Of a stretch of 64,000 nucleotides of DNA, positions 18,314 through 27,991 are shown piece by piece. This DNA is from Bacteroidota bacterium (GTDB taxonomy: Bacteria; Bacteroidota; Bacteroidia; NS11-12g; UBA9320). The stretch is from positions 4,640 to 68,639 of the forward strand of contig JABIUV010000007.1 of the NCBI GenBank assembly GCA_018700895.1, given 5' to 3'. The notes under the pieces are model-generated. The model searched no databases and was not told where the DNA came from. It worked only from the letters and a program-made list of their open reading frames with translations. Position 1 is the first letter of the stretch, and each line of letters starts with the position of its first letter. The position numbers and the translations under genes are program-made.

Positions 18314-19021
18314 ATGACTTACAAAAGAATTTTATTAAAATTAAGTGGCGAAGCTTTGCTTGGCGAAAAAGAGTTTGGAATAGATAGCAGCATACTCGCT
18401 ATGTACGCCCGAGAGATAAAAACCGTAGTAGACGCAGGTATAGAAGTAGCCATAGTGATAGGCGGCGGCAATATTTTCAGAGGAGTAAGTGGTGTAGAAG
18501 GCGGAATGAAAGATAGAGCAAATGCAGATTATATGGGGATGCTTGCCACCGTAATCAATGCAATGGCTCTGCAAGGAGCACTTGAAAATGAAGGTGTTTT
18601 CACCCGACTTACTAGTGCTATAAAAATGGAGCAAATTGCCGAACCATTCATACGCCGGAAAGCAATACGTCACCTCGAAAAAGGACGTGTAGTGATATTT
18701 GGTGCGGGTACCGGAAACCCTTATTTCACAACAGATACCGCAGCGAGTTTGCGTGCTGTAGAGATGGAAGCAGACGTAATACTCAAGGGAACTCGTGTAG
18801 ACGGTATTTATACCGCCGACCCGGAGAAAGATAGCACCGCCACTAAGTTTGATGAGATCAGCTTTACTGAAGCTATAAAACGTAATCTGAAGGTTATGGA
18901 CATGACCGCATTTACATTATGTCAGGAGAACGAGTTACCTATCATCGTTTTTGATATGAACAAAGAAGGTAACCTACTCAATGTAGTAAGAGGCAACCAC
19001 GTAGGTACACTAGTTAGCTAA
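18314..19021 (+). CDS. pyrH: UMP kinase (PyrH); start re-called at MTYKRILLK
   Basis: [23 protein letters not shown] and [12 protein letters not shown] motifs. 236 aa from the internal ATG. Confidence 0.9.
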   Translation: MTYKRILLKLSGEALLGEKEFGIDSSILAMYAREIKTVVDAGIEVAIVIGGGNIFRGVSGVEGGMKDRANADYMGMLATVINAMALQGALENEGVFTRLTSAIKMEQIAEPFIRRKAIRHLEKGRVVIFGAGTGNPYFTTDTAASLRAVEMEADVILKGTRVDGIYTADPEKDSTATKFDEISFTEAIKRNLKVMDMTAFTLCQENELPIIVFDMNKEGNLLNVVRGNHVGTLVS

Positions 19022-19030
19022 GAACGACTC

Positions 19031-20356
19031 GTGTCTTCCTATCTTAAAACTTTACTATTTTATCTAGCCGGTACGCTTTGTATCGCGAGCTTCTCTTTTT
19101 ACAATGGTTTCCCCTTCATTAATGGAGATACCAGTTCATACCTCAACGCGGCTTGGCAAGGAACGGTGCCCTATGAGCGACCTGTTTTCTATGGCTGGTT
19201 TCTAAAAGTATTTTCACTACATTACACCTTATGGTTGAGCATCTTAGCCCAATGTTTCGTAGTTTTTTGGACCATCATAGAAGTCATCAAACGCTTTAGT
19301 TCGTTGACTAGCAAACGCCAACTACTCCTACTTACACTTATCACCCTTATGCTTACGCACGTAGGATGGGAAGCCAACAAACTCTTGCCTGATGTTTTTG
19401 CGGGTATTGCATCATTGTTAATGTTGCTCTACCTCTGTGCTAAATCGTCACGTAAGTGGCTTTACTTTATTATGCTTATAGTAATTGGCACGATGCACAA
19501 TACACACTTTGTATTGTATATCTTGGTTGCGGTTACATTTCTGTTTATAAGCATTTGGAATCCCATTTATACTAAAAGGAAACTCCTTGGGATCCTTGGT
19601 GCGGGAGTTCTTAGTCTTACACTTGTATCTCTCAGTAACTATGCGGACCATGGCAAACTAGAGCTAGGACGATCAAGCGAGGTGTTTTTGGTAGGTCAAA
19701 CCGCTGAAAGCGGATTGCTATACGATGTACTATGCGACGAATGCAATACGAAACAATGGAAACTCTGTGCGTATAAGGATTCACTGCCACCTCGCGGATG
19801 GATGTATGTTTGGAATAGTAATAGTCCTTCGTATCATCTTGGCGGTTGGGATGCACTCAAATTGGAGCATAAGGAAATATTAAAAACCCTCTACGGTTCA
19901 CCAAAATACTGGCCAAAGTTGGCTCTGTCATCTGTTTTACGTGGATTTACCAACTGCTTTCAACTGGACGTAGGTGATGGAATATTTAGGTGCGAATATG
20001 ATAGTAACATACAACAGACTATACAACGATACTACCCCACAGACAAAGGTGAAGCACGCTGGAACAAGCAGTATATACTCACCATCCCATTCCAGTTTAT
20101 TACCATTTGGCACATTATAATTATTGGGGTGCTCGTCATCGTAGCAGGCTGGATGTGGAGTACAAATAGACTAGGTGTGAATTATAAAAATCTTATCCTA
20201 TTCGCACTTGTCACCATCTATCTCAATAGTTGGGCCATCGCACAATTTTCTAATATTTCTGATAGGCTAAATACACGTGTGTTTTGGATTCTTCCATTTA
20301 TTTTGATAATTGTAATAGTTGAATATCTATACGCGAAAAAGATCGCAAAAAAGTAA
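19031..20356 (+). CDS. Polytopic integral membrane protein (about 11 TM helices), unknown family
   Basis: Hydrophobic helices throughout. No recognisable catalytic motifs. Size and topology resemble membrane glycosyltransferase or polymerase-like proteins. Confidence 0.5.
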   Translation: MSSYLKTLLFYLAGTLCIASFSFYNGFPFINGDTSSYLNAAWQGTVPYERPVFYGWFLKVFSLHYTLWLSILAQCFVVFWTIIEVIKRFSSLTSKRQLLLLTLITLMLTHVGWEANKLLPDVFAGIASLLMLLYLCAKSSRKWLYFIMLIVIGTMHNTHFVLYILVAVTFLFISIWNPIYTKRKLLGILGAGVLSLTLVSLSNYADHGKLELGRSSEVFLVGQTAESGLLYDVLCDECNTKQWKLCAYKDSLPPRGWMYVWNSNSPSYHLGGWDALKLEHKEILKTLYGSPKYWPKLALSSVLRGFTNCFQLDVGDGIFRCEYDSNIQQTIQRYYPTDKGEARWNKQYILTIPFQFITIWHIIIIGVLVIVAGWMWSTNRLGVNYKNLILFALVTIYLNSWAIAQFSNISDRLNTRVFWILPFILIIVIVEYLYAKKIAKK

Positions 20357-20406
20357 ACGATTTCTTAAGTACTTAATTAAGCACTCTTTTTTGTACCTTT
20401 ATATAT

Positions 20407-20631
20407 ATGAATGTGGTAAACTATACCGACTTAAGGGTAATCAATGATGTAGAAGAGATAATCATTAAACGTAAGAATAATAAAGATCTCGTGCTTATAT
20501 CATTGGACGAGTACAACTCACTTAAAGAAACCAATTACTTGCTTTCTGGAAAGAATAGAGATGTTCTAATCCAATCTATCCAACAAGCAGAAGAAGGTAA
20601 CGTTAGTGAGCAAGAGCTTATAGAAGAATGA
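20407..20631 (+). CDS. yefM: Type II antitoxin, Phd/YefM family
   Basis: 74 aa, VNYTDLRVINDVEEIIIKRKNNKDLVLISLDEYNSLKETNYLLSGKNRDVLIQSIQQAEEG, the YefM fold consensus. ATGA overlap with the downstream yoeB start. Confidence 0.85.
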   Translation: MNVVNYTDLRVINDVEEIIIKRKNNKDLVLISLDEYNSLKETNYLLSGKNRDVLIQSIQQAEEGNVSEQELIEE

Positions 20632-20884
20632 TTATCAATTGGACACCAAATGCGTGGGACCAATACCTCTATTGGCAAGCAATTGACAAGAAAAAATCAA
20701 ACGAATCAACGAGCTAATAAAGCACACAAAAAGAGACCCTTTCAAAGGAATAGGAAGTCCCGAGGCTTTAAAACACGACTTACTATGATATTGGTTCCGT
20801 CGTATAGATGGAGAGCACAGATTTGTCTATAAATGCACAGACACTCAAATTACGATAGTAGCCTGTAGGATCATTATTAAATGA
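20628..20884 (+). pseudogene. yoeB: YoeB/Txe-family toxin remnant: 1-nt frameshift in an A6 run (about 20691-20696) plus an in-frame TGA (20786-20788)
   Basis: Frame 0 gives MIINWTPNAWDQYLYWQAIDKK. After the A-run, frame 2 gives IKRINELIKHTKRDPFKGIGSPEALKHDLL*YWFRRIDGEHRFVYKCTDTQITIVACRIIIK. The two pieces are collinear with E. coli YoeB (MKLIWSEESWDDYLYWQETDKRIVKKINELIKD...LKHNLSGFWSRRITEEHRLVY...CRYHY). The ORF-track frame-1 ORF 20650-20832 is an out-of-frame artefact over the same DNA. Confidence 0.8.
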
Positions 20885-20902
20885 TCTACTATTAATGCAA
20901 CA

Positions 20903-21439
20903 CTAAAACTTATTCTTCCACATCATGCTCTCTACGGGCTTGATGGTACGCTTGTTATATTTAGCGTTTTTCTTTTTATTATACATCACCTCTACATCTC
21001 CTTCTACCACAAAGTATATCAACTGCCCTATGGGCATTCCTTTGTAAACTCTTACGGGCTGAGTCACACTTATCTCTAGTGTCCACGTGTTACAAAAACC
21101 AACATCACCTTTTCCCGCCGTAGCGTGGATGTCAATACCTAATCGTCCTGTACTACTCTTACCTTCTAAGAAAGGAATGTGTGCGTGTGTCTCTGTATAT
21201 TCCTCTGTAACACCAAGATAAAGCACCCCTGGCTGCAGCTCAAAACCGTCTATCGGAATCTCAAAATGTTCAATTTTATTATGCTCCCGAGCATCAAGCA
21301 CACGATTGGAATAGCAAGCCAAGTGCTTACCTAAGTGTACATCGTAACTATTCGTACCAAGGTCTTCTCTATTAAAAGGCTCAATAAGAATGGTTCCTTT
21401 ATCTATTTCCTCTAAGATTCGTTTGTCGCTAAGTATCAT
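20903..21439 (-). CDS. dcd: dCTP deaminase
   Basis: MILSDKRILEEIDKGTILIEPF... family consensus. 178 aa. Confidence 0.9.
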   Translation of the reverse strand: MILSDKRILEEIDKGTILIEPFNREDLGTNSYDVHLGKHLACYSNRVLDAREHNKIEHFEIPIDGFELQPGVLYLGVTEEYTETHAHIPFLEGKSSTGRLGIDIHATAGKGDVGFCNTWTLEISVTQPVRVYKGMPIGQLIYFVVEGDVEVMYNKKKNAKYNKRTIKPVESMMWKNKF

Positions 21440-21461
21440 CGGTTTTATGCTTGTGGCAATT

Positions 21462-22400
21462 TTAAGGCATTATTTCTACTTTCCAAAGTATGAGATCTCG
21501 GTCGTCTGAACATGACACAAAGGTATCGTCATCTAACCATTCTACCTTATTTATACAATTCGTATGACCGGCATATCGCTCATAGTCTATCACTTTGAGC
21601 AAATCTAACTCCTCGTCCCAAAGTTTTATTGTCTTATCCATACTGCTGCTGATTAAGAGCTTACCGTTGTAACTCAAACTCTTAGCCTGATATTCATGAG
21701 CAGGAACGCTATGCACTTGTTTGCCAATTGTTAAATCCCAAGCCCTAATTGTAGCATCACGTCCTGTACTTACCAAGGTGTTGTCATCTATTAATTCCAA
21801 ATCAAAAACGGAATTTGTATGCCCCTTTAATATATTGGTTACACTATAAGTTTCCTTGTCCAGTTGGTAAATCATATTGTCTGAGGCACCTACAAACATA
21901 GAACTCTCAGAAATCGCAACACACCTCAAACTATCAGTAGATAGTATCATCTCATTCTTATCAAAACTACCCGTGAGACCGGCACTTATGGTACGCGGCC
22001 TTAAGAGTACACCATCTTCTCCTCCACTGTATTTTGGTCCTAAAAAAAAGACGCCCCCTTCGTGAAGTTGAGTGGTGCTCAACAAGGTATTTGTAGCTAG
22101 GTCTACTTCATATACTTTACCATTTCGGCTTCCTACTCTTAGGGTATTTTCAACTTTGGTTATGCTATAAAAAGCTTCTCCACTTTGTAGGATCAGTTTT
22201 CCCCTCTCTGGATTATCTACCTGCCAAGCGACCAGATATCCGCCTGCTCCGGCTGAGTATATTGTTCGGGTTGCTCTGTCGAGCACAAAGTTGTATATGG
22301 CATCCTTATGCCCTTTCAAATGTGCTACCTTTGTAATCTTAATATTTGGTATACGTGCCACTACATACGAAGAAACATATAAACAATGGAATAGTTGCAC
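21462..22400 (-). CDS. WD40-repeat protein
   Basis: Multiple WD repeats (GHKDAIYNF, GHTNSVFDLEL...IRAWDL, DKTIKLWD). The 5' end as called overlaps the divergent PPTase gene, so the start is uncertain. Confidence 0.65.
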   Translation of the reverse strand: MQLFHCLYVSSYVVARIPNIKITKVAHLKGHKDAIYNFVLDRATRTIYSAGAGGYLVAWQVDNPERGKLILQSGEAFYSITKVENTLRVGSRNGKVYEVDLATNTLLSTTQLHEGGVFFLGPKYSGGEDGVLLRPRTISAGLTGSFDKNEMILSTDSLRCVAISESSMFVGASDNMIYQLDKETYSVTNILKGHTNSVFDLELIDDNTLVSTGRDATIRAWDLTIGKQVHSVPAHEYQAKSLSYNGKLLISSSMDKTIKLWDEELDLLKVIDYERYAGHTNCINKVEWLDDDTFVSCSDDRDLILWKVEIMP

Positions 22401-22960
22401 TTTGGCACATTACAGAGACTAAAGACGAACTCATTGACCTACTTCCTGAGAGCTGGCAAGCCAACCTGGATATGGATCACGTACAACCTCATAATCTCGC
22501 TGCTCGCGTGTTGGCTCATACAGTTTGTCCGGAGTTTAATATTTTGGAAAAGGATGCTTATGGCAAACCTTATTTTGACAGTGCAGATGCCAAAATAAGT
22601 ATCACTCACGCAGGAGAATACGCTGCTTTTATGCTTGCAAATACCCGTGATTGCGGCATAGATATGGAGCAGATTACTGAACGCGTACGACGCATTCAGT
22701 CTAAATTTGTGAGAATGGACGAGGAGGCATTTTTGGCTCATGACCTACGTGGATTATACATGTTATGGTGTGCTAAAGAAGCCTTATATAAATTCTACGG
22801 ACTAAAATCTATCGATTTCAAAAAACACCTGAAAGTGGACTACCAACCCATAGAAGAAAGTGGAATACTACTAGGGCATATCGAAAAGGACGATTACTCC
22901 AAAACCTTGGAACTGAACTATGAATTTTTTGATAATTATCTAATCTTGCATACCGCATAA
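22346..22960 (+). CDS. 4'-phosphopantetheinyl transferase (Sfp/EntD-type)
   Basis: PPTase motifs ISITHAGEYAAFMLA and WCAKEALYK. The TTG start at 22346 overlaps the WD40 5' end by about 55 nt. The real start is probably the GTG at about 22355 or later. Confidence 0.7.
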   Translation: MVYVPLHTKKHINNGIVALWHITETKDELIDLLPESWQANLDMDHVQPHNLAARVLAHTVCPEFNILEKDAYGKPYFDSADAKISITHAGEYAAFMLANTRDCGIDMEQITERVRRIQSKFVRMDEEAFLAHDLRGLYMLWCAKEALYKFYGLKSIDFKKHLKVDYQPIEESGILLGHIEKDDYSKTLELNYEFFDNYLILHTA

Positions 22961-23733
22961 TGAGTAAAATAATCTGGATAACAGGAGCAGGCAGTGGCAT
23001 AGGCAAAGCATTGGCCTTGGCCTATAACACACACGATAATACCATCATACTCTCTGGGCGAAAAAGACACGCCCTAGAGGAAGTGGCACAAAACCTAACC
23101 AATGCCTACGTACTGCCCTTAGATGTGTCAGACGAACAAGCGATAGCGAATGCTGTGACTGAAGTAAGTGAAACATTTGGCCATTTGGATATTTTGATAA
23201 ATAATGCAGGAGTAAGCCAACGTTCACTGGCGAGCGAAACCACTAATGAGGTAGGACGTCAGCTAATGGAGGTTAATTTCTTTGGCAGTGTGCACCTCAC
23301 CAAAGCTGCTCTACCGCTTTTTATGCATAAAAAAGCCGGAAGCATTGTCGCAATGAGTAGTGCCGCAGGAAAATTTGGGTTCCCTTTGCGTTCCTATTAT
23401 GCCGCGAGTAAACATGCTCTACACGGATGGTATGAAACACTTAGCCTAGAGCTCAAGGATACCGACATACATGTTATGGTGGTATGCCCTGGGCGAATAA
23501 AAACAGACATAAGTAAGAATGCATTACTTGGCGATGGAGCCGCCCACGCACAAATGGACCTAGGACAAGAAAAAGGTGTCTCCGTAGAAAAATGTGTTAA
23601 GGCCATTCAAAGAGGAATAAGAACCCGAAAATCTGAAATATACATAGGTGGTGGTGAAGTACTTATGATTTACTTCAAGCGATACGCCCCTTGGTTGTTT
23701 AGATTCATAGCTAAACGAGTGAGTGCAAAGTAG
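22960..23733 (+). CDS. SDR-family oxidoreductase
   Basis: TGAGSGIGKALA Rossmann motif, NNAG, and a YAASKHAL catalytic Y-x3-K. ATAATGA overlap with the PPTase stop. Confidence 0.85.
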   Translation: MSKIIWITGAGSGIGKALALAYNTHDNTIILSGRKRHALEEVAQNLTNAYVLPLDVSDEQAIANAVTEVSETFGHLDILINNAGVSQRSLASETTNEVGRQLMEVNFFGSVHLTKAALPLFMHKKAGSIVAMSSAAGKFGFPLRSYYAASKHALHGWYETLSLELKDTDIHVMVVCPGRIKTDISKNALLGDGAAHAQMDLGQEKGVSVEKCVKAIQRGIRTRKSEIYIGGGEVLMIYFKRYAPWLFRFIAKRVSAK

Positions 23734-23893
23734 GAAAAATGTGCATCAAGACGGCTACACAGGAAAAGAAAGACTTCTGTACGTAGCAAACTATGGGCTG
23801 CCATATTTGCTTCGAGAAGGATGAAAATACCATCACTCAAACCTAAGCCTGCAAGAACAAAAAACTATTCACTAACTTCGAGTACATAGAAGT

Positions 23894-24316
23894 ATGGGAA
23901 ATAGAGACATTATAATGGACCAATTACAGCAGCTGGGCAAAGTGCTAGGTGAAATCTTAGCACAAATACTAGGTTCCAAATCTGGCTCCAACACAAGCAC
24001 CTTACTAAAAGAAGCGGAAGAGTCCTTGTCGACCAATTTTCAGATTGACTTTGTACAGATAATTGAGCTAAACAAAGAAGACCTCAAAACACACTTAGAG
24101 AAAATAAAATTCCCTACAGCTCATTACGAAAAACTGGGAACTATAGCCCAAGAAATGGGACTTATTAAGCGGAGGACCGACGAAGATCTTGCAAAAAAAT
24201 ATTTAGCTACTGCAATAAATCTCTACGACCTGGAAGATGAGCAATCACAAACGGTTTCCTTTACACGAATGAACCAAAAGACTAAGCTACAGCAGTTAAT
24301 ACATTCTGAGGGGTAG
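23894..24316 (+). CDS. Hypothetical protein, 140 aa
   Basis: ORF track only. No recognisable motif. Charged, helical composition. Confidence 0.35.
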   Translation: MGNRDIIMDQLQQLGKVLGEILAQILGSKSGSNTSTLLKEAEESLSTNFQIDFVQIIELNKEDLKTHLEKIKFPTAHYEKLGTIAQEMGLIKRRTDEDLAKKYLATAINLYDLEDEQSQTVSFTRMNQKTKLQQLIHSEG

Positions 24317-24422
24317 ATAGTAATCCCTTGAATTTTAGTTATTTATATTTCTCTACAAACACTAAAAGCCTTATGTAAATTCCATTTGCCCACCAAATCC
24401 ACATCAAGTATTTTCGCACACG

Positions 24423-25478
24423 GTGAAAAAAGAAATAAGTGGCATACAGCAGATGGGTATAGGTATACCCGACGTACACGAGGCTTGGACTTGGTATCGC
24501 AAAAATTTAAAGATGGATGTACCTGTTTTTGAAGAAGCAGCTACAGCAGCACTCATGCTTCCATACACTGGAGGTAAACCACACGACAGACACGCCATTC
24601 TCGCTATGAATATGCAAGGTGGAGGAGGTTTTGAGATATGGCAATACACCAGTCGTACTCCCGTGGCTTGCAGTTTTGAACCTAAGCTTGGTGATTACGG
24701 TATCAATATTTGCAAAATAAAAAGCCCTGATGTAGACAAAGCATTTGCCCATTTTGACAAGACGTACTTGGTATCTCAACAGGTAGAACAAACTCCTAAC
24801 GGACTTAAACACTTTTTTGTAAAAGACCCGTATGGCAATCATTTCCAGATCATAGAAGCTGCGGACTGGTTCCAAAATCGCGGTGACACCACTGGCGGTG
24901 TATATGGTGCCGTAATAGGCGTGTCCGATATCGAAAAGTCAATCGCTTTTTACGGATCTATATTGGGTTATGATAAGGTGGAATGGCAAGGAGAAGGTAA
25001 GTTTGACGATCTCTCAACGTTAAAGAGTGGCAAGAGCACTTTCAAGCGAGCAATACTCACGCATAGTAAAGCACGCAAGGGAGGTTTTAGCCCATTGCTA
25101 GGACCTACGCAGATAGAATTGGTACAGAACTTAGATGAAGCAGGACAAAACATATACGAAGGAAGATACTGGGGCGACCTCGGATTTATTCACCTGTGTT
25201 TTGATGTAATAGGTATGCAAGCTCTCAAAGAAGAATGCGAAGCAGCCGGCCATCCATTTACAGTAGATAGTGCCAACTCATTTGATATGGGAGAAGCCGC
25301 AGGACATTTTAGTTATATAGAAGATCCAGACGGTACGCTGATAGAGTTTGTAGAAACACACAAAATTCCTATCCTAAAAAAGATAGGATGGTATCTGGAC
25401 TTGACTGAGCGTGATGCCCTAAAACCCCTCCCACGGTGGATGCTAAAAAGCATGGGACTGAACAGAAAGAAAGATTAA
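24423..25478 (+). CDS. Two-domain VOC (glyoxalase/dioxygenase-like) family protein
   Basis: Tandem VOC-like modules (GIGIPDVHEAWTWYRKNL... and GAVIGVSDIEKSIAFYGSILGY...). Confidence 0.55.
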   Translation: MKKEISGIQQMGIGIPDVHEAWTWYRKNLKMDVPVFEEAATAALMLPYTGGKPHDRHAILAMNMQGGGGFEIWQYTSRTPVACSFEPKLGDYGINICKIKSPDVDKAFAHFDKTYLVSQQVEQTPNGLKHFFVKDPYGNHFQIIEAADWFQNRGDTTGGVYGAVIGVSDIEKSIAFYGSILGYDKVEWQGEGKFDDLSTLKSGKSTFKRAILTHSKARKGGFSPLLGPTQIELVQNLDEAGQNIYEGRYWGDLGFIHLCFDVIGMQALKEECEAAGHPFTVDSANSFDMGEAAGHFSYIEDPDGTLIEFVETHKIPILKKIGWYLDLTERDALKPLPRWMLKSMGLNRKKD

Positions 25479-25499
25479 AACGTTAGATAAACTTAGTAT

Positions 25500-27929
25500 A
25501 TGAAGAAGTTAGTAGCAGGAGTAGTCGTGGTCATCATGTTAATCGGAGTAACCACTCTATTAACACGTGAGGAACAAACCGTAATTGAATCTGAACCTGG
25601 TCAACATCCAGGCTGGTTTGACCATTACCGCGAATTAAAGGGAGATCAATACGGCAATATCCCTAGTGGACTCACTCGTCAATGGTACTTGGCAGATAAG
25701 GCAAACAAAGCACTCTACAAAAAGGCTGAGGATAATCTGGAGAATATAATAGAACTAGGACCATTCAATGTGGGCGGGCGTACTCGTTCTATTGAGGTGG
25801 ACTATAGCAACCCCAACAGATACTTATGTGCAGGTGTTTCGGGCGGTATATGGGTAAGTCCGAATGCAGGTAGCTCTTGGACGATAGTGGACGAATACGC
25901 ACCTACACTTTCTGCTACGAGTGTAACTCAGAGTCCTTTTAACCACGATTTATTTTACTACGGAACGGGAGAGCCTTTTGGCAATTCGGCAGACCTCGGT
26001 GGTTTGGGACTATTCAAGTCTGAAGATGGAGCTAACTCATTTCAACACTTGGAACATACCATGACTACAGCACTTAGTGGGATATGGAATGTAGAACATT
26101 CGCTTGTGCATGATAGCACGATATACGTTGCGACACACTCAGCAGGATTGTGGCGTAGTACAGATGCTGCCCAAACTTTCGAAAAAATATACGGGGCAAG
26201 CACAAGAGTACACGAAATAGAGGCCCGAGATGATGGTAAAATATTCATCTCTGTAAATGGTGTAGGCATAGTAGAAATAGACGAAGAAACACTAGAGGCA
26301 ACCAATAGAAATGGCGGAGAATGGCCAAGCAGTGGATATAGCCGAGTAAGTTTTGATTTTGTGAGAGATTACCCTAACGTCATGTTTGCTCAACTAGCCT
26401 CTGGAGATGGTTTTGACATACATAGCCTTTACAAAACTTCTAACGGAGGTGAAACTTGGGTGAAACTTACAGACCCTCCAGGGAATGTAAGCTACGCACA
26501 AGCTTGGTACTGCTTCAAGTTAGGTACGGCTCCAGCCGACACTAACTTTGTGGTAAGTATGTGTGTAGACCCTACGTACAGTAGCGATGGAGGCCAAACG
26601 TGGCGTACCATGGCAGACCCTCACGCAGATTATCACGAGATGACTTGGATAAACGATAATGAGTTTTTAGTAGGCAACGATGCTGGTGTAAGCCGATTTA
26701 ACAAAAACAACATGTCAACCTTTACCAATCTGAATAACGGGCTAAATATTACCCAATTTTATGCTGGTCATTTTTATCCTACTGGCAATTCTGTAGTAGG
26801 CGGCACGCAGGACAACGGCACTCGATTTAGCAACAATGGTATTCCTACTTTTTCCAATATAAACGGCGGTGATGGTGCTTTTTGTAGTGTAAATCAACAA
26901 GATGATAATGTACGTTATGTCTCTTCTCAATTTTTGAATATGAGACGCCAAAGCTCCACAGGAAACAGAAATATAAGCCGAACAATACGTACCGAAGTAG
27001 GTGGAGATGACGGTGTGTGGTTTATCAATCCATTTGAAATAAACAACCTAGATGGTGACCAAATATATGTGCCTACTCGATCCAAAGTATTTAGAAGTAC
27101 GAATGCGGGAGATACTTGGGAATCGCTTACCGATGTAATACCAGGCGAGCAGTTCTCCGTAGGGTTGAGCAGCAGTACAAATCCCATTGCCTACATAGGC
27201 GGTACAGCATCACGCTTATACTACGTAGAAAATGCAGCTACATCTGTGGCCGGAGACGAGCTGCCAGTTTGGGATCCTCAAAACTTACCAAACCGTGCTT
27301 TCTTAGGTGGCACTATAGGCTGTATAGAAGTAGACCCTACTGACGAAACGACGATATACTGCGGATTCGTAAACATAGATACCGATAGTAGAATATGGCG
27401 AATAAGACACGCCAATAGCGACTCGGCACAGTATGATGACATAGGTGCAAATCTCCCTGAGAGTGTACCCGTGAATTGGATAGAAGTAGATCCCGAAATG
27501 ACCGATCACATCTTGATAGGAACTGATTATGGATTATATACTTCGCTTAATGCAGGCCAAAGCTGGCAAAAAGAGGAGCGTTTCCCTAACGTACCTGTAG
27601 ATCAAGTAAGATTAAGACACAGCGATAGAAAATTGTTTATCTACACCCACGGAAGAGGGATTTGGACGGCAGACCTGAAAGACAATCTCGTAGCTAGCGT
27701 TAGAGCAAAAAATGTGCTTGACATTAACGTATATCCTAACCCTGCTACAGACCACATAAAGATAGCTGGTCAAGTGCAACAAGTAACCATATACAACTCC
27801 AACGGGCAGAAGATACTAAGCACTAATGACCTACGCATTAACACGCAAAACTGGATACCCGGAACATACTTTTTAGAAGCGACACAAGGAGATGCTCGTA
27901 CCGTTAAGAAAATAATTATAAATAGATAA
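25500..27929 (+). CDS. Secreted BNR/Asp-box repeat protein (sortilin/GH74-like beta-propeller) with a T9SS type-A C-terminal sorting domain
   Basis: Repeated S-x-D-x-G-x-T-W boxes (SNGGETW, SSDGGQTW, TNAGDTWES, LNAGQSWQ). C-terminus VYPNPATDHIKIAG...IYNSNGQKIL...GTYFLEATQGDARTVKKIII matches the Por_Secre_tail/type-A CTD. Confidence 0.8.
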   Translation: MKKLVAGVVVVIMLIGVTTLLTREEQTVIESEPGQHPGWFDHYRELKGDQYGNIPSGLTRQWYLADKANKALYKKAEDNLENIIELGPFNVGGRTRSIEVDYSNPNRYLCAGVSGGIWVSPNAGSSWTIVDEYAPTLSATSVTQSPFNHDLFYYGTGEPFGNSADLGGLGLFKSEDGANSFQHLEHTMTTALSGIWNVEHSLVHDSTIYVATHSAGLWRSTDAAQTFEKIYGASTRVHEIEARDDGKIFISVNGVGIVEIDEETLEATNRNGGEWPSSGYSRVSFDFVRDYPNVMFAQLASGDGFDIHSLYKTSNGGETWVKLTDPPGNVSYAQAWYCFKLGTAPADTNFVVSMCVDPTYSSDGGQTWRTMADPHADYHEMTWINDNEFLVGNDAGVSRFNKNNMSTFTNLNNGLNITQFYAGHFYPTGNSVVGGTQDNGTRFSNNGIPTFSNINGGDGAFCSVNQQDDNVRYVSSQFLNMRRQSSTGNRNISRTIRTEVGGDDGVWFINPFEINNLDGDQIYVPTRSKVFRSTNAGDTWESLTDVIPGEQFSVGLSSSTNPIAYIGGTASRLYYVENAATSVAGDELPVWDPQNLPNRAFLGGTIGCIEVDPTDETTIYCGFVNIDTDSRIWRIRHANSDSAQYDDIGANLPESVPVNWIEVDPEMTDHILIGTDYGLYTSLNAGQSWQKEERFPNVPVDQVRLRHSDRKLFIYTHGRGIWTADLKDNLVASVRAKNVLDINVYPNPATDHIKIAGQVQQVTIYNSNGQKILSTNDLRINTQNWIPGTYFLEATQGDARTVKKIIINR

Positions 27930-27948
27930 TCATTAAAAGCTATTTATG

Positions 27949-27979
27949 AAAAGCATTCTGTACTGCAGGGTGCTTTTTT
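27949..27979. terminator. Bidirectional rho-independent terminator between convergent genes
   Basis: AAAAGCA-ttctgtactgcaggg-TGCTTTTTT: stem with flanking A and T runs. Lies between the BNR gene end (27929) and the acyltransferase gene end (27992). Confidence 0.55.
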
Positions 27980-27991
27980 ATGTACGGCACT

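Noticed and set aside
20650-20832. 60-aa ORF (MRGTNTSIGKQLTRKNQ...) from the ORF track
   Set aside because: It is the +1 frame across the decayed yoeB gene. The other two frames together reproduce YoeB end to end, so this ORF is an artefact of the pseudogene rather than a gene.
22346-22400. 55-nt head-to-head overlap of the PPTase and WD40 coding regions
   Set aside because: Both ORF-track starts are non-ATG first-in-frame codons (TTG/GTG). Shorter alternative starts remove the overlap, so it is a start-calling artefact rather than a genuine overlapping-gene arrangement.
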